Source: Ruditapes philippinarum
Taxonomy: Eukaryota
DNA: 64,000 bases
Direction: 5' to 3'
NCBI RefSeq assembly: GCF_026571515.1
Contig: NW_026852998.1
Coordinates: forward strand, 558,001 to 622,000
The notes beneath the pieces are model-generated. The model was not told the origin of the DNA and did no database searches. It saw nothing but the letters and a program-made list of their open reading frames with translations. Each line of letters starts with the position of its first letter. Within the stretch, counting starts at the first letter, position 1. Made by a program: the position numbers and the translations under genes. Positions 59,640 through 64,000 of the stretch are shown here, piece by piece.

Positions 59640-61260
59640 AAGCTTATCCAACAGAAAACGCTTTGGCCTGAAGTCCTAAGATTTGGTGTGAAGGTTAGTC
59701 ACGACTTGTAGATGATCCTCTATTGATTTTGAGGTCTGTCAGCCATACAAAAACCTTGTCCGACCAGTAAGTAGTAGTAATATATAAATATATAGTATAT
59801 ATTTCACACACATACGTATACATACAAATATATTCTAACAACTTGCCAAGTTTGAAGAAACTGTTGGAACAGTTTTAATATTGCTTATAATATCAAAATT
59901 TAGAAGGACTTGACCCGTTACTGCACTAAGGTTATTGCTATTATTATGTCTACATGAAAACTCCCGAACGCCGATAACAAAAGCAAAACATTATCGTTCA
60001 TGCGTGATTTATTTGCACTTTATACATCTATAGTCCAAATGATAACCGAATTCTCAGCAAAATTAATACTTTAAACGTCATGAGTTGATGATTAATTTGT
60101 GCAATTAAAAGTGCAGATATACTTTTTTAACTGTTAGAGATGCTACCGCAAGCAATTAAATGGACTTTTTAGGCTCAACGCTGCTGTGAACTTAGCATTA
60201 TCACGTCTTGATCAAGTGGCTCAAACAACATGATAAATAATTCCTTTGACAAATGGGATAGATACTTAAGAAATCTGTAACTTTTGTTTGTTGTATTTAT
60301 TGATGTTTTATTCGTGGGCAATTAAGGCCTACCACCACCAAGGTAACTTAATTATTTCTAAGTTACAAATGTTGCATTTTGTTTTCTGCTTGTGACTATA
60401 AAAACTGTCTGATTTGTTCTTCGAACTGGTTACGTTTGGTTTGTTGCCAGTTTTAAATACATTAATAGGCTAATGAAAGTGCCAAGATGAAGTGTCAAGT
60501 TTTCAAACAAAGGGTACCGATATTGCCCCGGGAACAAACTTAAATTTCTATCCGCCCCAGCCCCATAAACCAATAACTAGACAACACTTAGGCCTACAGA
60601 CCTAAGATTATTTGTGGAGGTTGTCATGGCTAGTAGGTGACCGTATTGGTTTGAAAGTTTCTTTCACCTTGGCCACAAAAAGCTGGTTTGACCATTAACT
60701 AAAGAATGTAGACCTACAGTCAGATTATGTTATCTGGTGTATATAATAGGGTCATTAAATTAAACGTCTATCTAACCAAAGCCTTGTCCGTAAAAAACTT
60801 TCCTTTCTAATAACTAGAGAACTATAAGACCTTCAGTCCTATTAGGATTTGATATGGACGTTGGTCATGACTAGAATATGGCCCTCTTGATATTGGGAGG
60901 CTATAGTCATGTCTAGTAGATGACTTCAAATGATTGGGTTCAACCGTGGCTTTGGCTATGAAAAGCTTATCTAACCAATCATAACATAACGCTTAAGAAG
61001 TCTACAGACCTAAGACTTGGTGTGAAGGGCGACTTGACAACAAAAAACTTTCCCAGCCAATAAGGAGAGAATGCTTCCGCATAATGTCCCAGGATTTGTT
61101 GTGGTAGATGTTGATGGGCTAGTAGATGACATATTTTAACTCAGAGGGGTCAAATATACGGCCTCCTACTAGCTTGTCCGACCAATATTTAGATAATGAT
61201 TTTGCCTACAAGTCGAGACTGATCATAACTACTAAACCAATAGATGACTATTGTTTATTC
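59640..61260. repeat. Old, fragmented tandem-repeat remnants (CCTAAGA..TGGTGTGAAGG..CATGACTAGTAGATGAC family; related pieces at 15225-15500)
   Basis: Recurring degenerate motif at ~59670, 60595, 60830, 61005, 61090. Confidence 0.5.
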
Positions 61261-61511
61261 CTTTTTGTCATGTTGGCCTGAAACAAGAATTTAATATTTC
61301 TTTTACAGAATACACCTTAACATGTAATATGTTCTTATAGTTGTGCAATGTGGACACAGTATCAAGGTCCATATGTTACCATATTAATAAGACTTCTCTT
61401 TAAAACATTTGCAAATAACACGACGATTTTAGCGGCTATGCATGTATCTTTAACTATTGAAAATACTAATGCGGTATTGTCTGAAGCGTAACATTTCTTT
61501 ACTATATTTAG

Positions 61512-63062
61512 TATGGAACGCCGTGACTGTCTTATGTAATCAATGTTTTTTTTTATCTTGTGAAACGATGATATTATTTTGTCGTTTGAGCATGTTAACA
61601 TGTGCAATTTACATCATGTCTTGTCAAAAGAACATGCTAACATGTACAAACAGCATGTTAACTTGTCAAATTATTATGATGACATGTGCAGACAACATGC
61701 TAACTTGTCAAAGTATCGTGATGACTTGTGCAAATGACATGGTAACTTGTCAAAGTATAATGATGACTTGTGCAAATGACATGGTAACTTGTCAAAATGT
61801 ACTGATGACTTGTGCAAACGACATGTTAACTTGTCGAATTATTGTGATGACATGTGCAAACAGCATGTTAACTTGTCAAAGTGTCATGATGACTTGTGCA
61901 AACGCCATGTTAACTTGTCAAAGTATAATGATGACTTGTGCAAACGACATGTTAACTTGTCGAATTATCGTGATGACATGTGCAAACAGCATGTTAACTT
62001 GTCAAAGTATCATGATGACTTGTGAAAACAGCATGTTAACATGTCTGATAACTATGATGACTTGTGAAGACAACATGTGAACTTGTCAAAGAATCGTGAT
62101 GACTTGTGCAAATGACATGTTATCTTGTATCATGCTGACATGTCAAAACGTACTGTTAAATTGTCAAAGTCATGATAACTTGTGCAAATGCCATGCTAAC
62201 ATGTCAAAATTCCATGATGACATGTGTAAACAGCATGTTAACTTGTTGAATTATCGTTATGACATGTGCGTACAGCAAGTTAACTTGTCCAAGTATCATG
62301 ATGACTTGTGCAAACTACATGTTAACTTGTCCAAGTATAATGATGACTTGCGCAAATGCCATGCTAACTTGTCAAAATTTCATGATGACATGTGCAAACA
62401 GTATGTTAACTTGTCAAATCATCGTGATAACATGTGCAAACAACATGCTAACTTGTCCAAGTATCATGGTGACTTGTGAAAGCGATATGTTAACTTGTCA
62501 AAATTTCATGATGACATGTGCAAACAGCATGTTAACTTGTCCAAGTATCGTGATGACTTGTGCAAATGCTATGTTAGCTTGTCAAAATATGATGACTTGT
62601 GCAAACGACATGTTAACTTGTCAAATTATCATGATGACTTGTGCAGACAACATGTTAATTTGTCAAAAAAATCGTGATGACTTGTGCAAAACACATGTTA
62701 ACTTGTTAAGGTATTATGAGCATGTCATCACGATAATTCGACAAGTTAACATGCTGTTTGCACATGTCATCATGAAATTTTGACAAGTTAACACGTCGTT
62801 TGCACAAGTCATCATGATATTTTGACAAGTTAACATGTCGTTTGCACAAGTCATCATGATACTTTGACAAGTTAACATGTTGTCTGCACATGTCATAATG
62901 ATTATTCGACAAGTTAACATGCTGTTTGAACAAGTCAGCATTGTCTTTAGACAAGATATGATGTAATTTGCACATGTTAATATGCTTAAATGACAAAATA
63001 ATATCATCATTTCACAAGATAGCAAAAACATTGATAGCATAAGACAGTCACGGCGTTCCATA
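61512..63062. mobile_element. Foldback-type TIR element with 42-bp tandem repeats in both arms, TA-flanked
   Basis: TATGGAACGCCGTGACTGTCTTATG ... CATAAGACAGTCACGGCGTTCCATA; ~120-bp unique inverted ends, then 42-bp arrays in opposite orientation meeting at ~62710. Confidence 0.88.
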
Positions 63063-64000
63063 ATTTAGCGTCTCCATTATCTATCAATATCGCAAGGAAT
63101 GTGTGGATGACATGTCACTGAGTTCTTTACTATTTGTTCTTCATCATTTGTTACAATTTACAGATTGCACCTGCATCAAATCCGGGAACAACCGGTACAT
63201 GACCCGTACTATGCAACCCAACATTGTACATGAATTTTACAAAAAAGTATGTTCAGGGCAGAAGAAAAAGGTCAAGCTTGCGGTTATTTATCAATATAAC
63301 AATTGACTGATTATCTAAATAAAGTTATTTAATGTACATGTAAACTGGCCCATGACATGTGTTGTATTTTAATTGGTATTTTCGAATTCTCCATATAGAA
63401 CTTTGTCATTAATTTAAAATGGGTAAAAGCAGAAGCCCAAAGGAAGGTTGTTTGTTGGCTTTCTTCACTTTATACAAGACGTCGCTTTGAATGTATCGAC
63501 GCTTTTGGTTGGCAGCGAGAAAGTCCAGAAAAGATCACCGACAGAAAATGTTGTATTTAATTAACTAGAAAAAAGGTGTTGTGGTACAGTACGTGTTTAT
63601 TACCGTAGACTTTGACTAATTCACTTGATAGATAAATATATTTTCTATTAAAAATGAATCAAACATACCCACACTCCTCGCCCCCCCCCCCCCCCAACTT
63701 TCGAGTAAAACGTTTTAGTTATATATTGCTCATTGACAGAATAAAATTCCCCGATTAGCCATCGACATTTGTTGTTTTTTTCAACATTTATCTCAAATCT
63801 AATTGAATAAACTCCTTTTTACCTGCAAACCCGAATACTTTACCATTTGAACTTTAAAAATTAAAATATTCTAAGGTTCAATCATGCACATTGAATTATA
63901 GTTTTATATATGCAAAATTCATTCCACATATAATGTACAGTCTTCGTTTAAGTGTAAGTCACTCTGGTACATAAGGCCTGACTCGGACTTACCCTAACAC

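Noticed and set aside
61457-63061. Cys/Met-rich heptad-repeat ORFs (207, 174, 115 aa etc.) as a metal-binding or antifreeze-like protein
   Set aside because: They arise on both strands from the 42-bp repeat inside a TIR-bounded element, are broken by frameshifts, and have no splice or promoter context.

Overview
AT-rich, intron-containing animal genomic DNA. The repeat content (pearl/HINE-type satellite-carrying elements, tRNA-derived SINEs, Sola, L2/CR1 LINEs) points to a bivalve mollusc; this is an inference. Genes reconstructed by hand from splice signals and reading-frame phase: (1) first coding exon of a Golgi alpha-1,2-mannosidase (MAN1A, minus strand, continuing off the left edge); (2) two-exon GSKIP, head-to-head with it; (3) two tandem single-coding-exon HAD-IIA phosphatases (PGP/chronophin family) with basic N-terminal extensions and a remodelled cap loop; (4) a coiled-coil + NHL-like beta-propeller gene and a decayed duplicate, separated by a TIR/TSD-bounded but frameshifted Sola1-type transposon; (5) a 9-exon, 1022-aa gene (39162-56242) mostly missed by the ORF track, joining a small SCI1-like (plant Style Cell-cycle Inhibitor 1 family) helical domain to a ~750-aa disordered tail rich in YxxP, poly-Pro and basophilic phospho-motifs. 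The rest is dense with mobile DNA: about nine Helentron-associated (HINE/pearl-like) elements, CAGG-ended TIR elements with 5-bp and 6-bp TSDs, a pogo-type MITE, a 1.55-kb foldback built from a 42-bp repeat, LINE and SINE fragments, and one assembly gap. All assignments are by-eye recognition; no searches were run.
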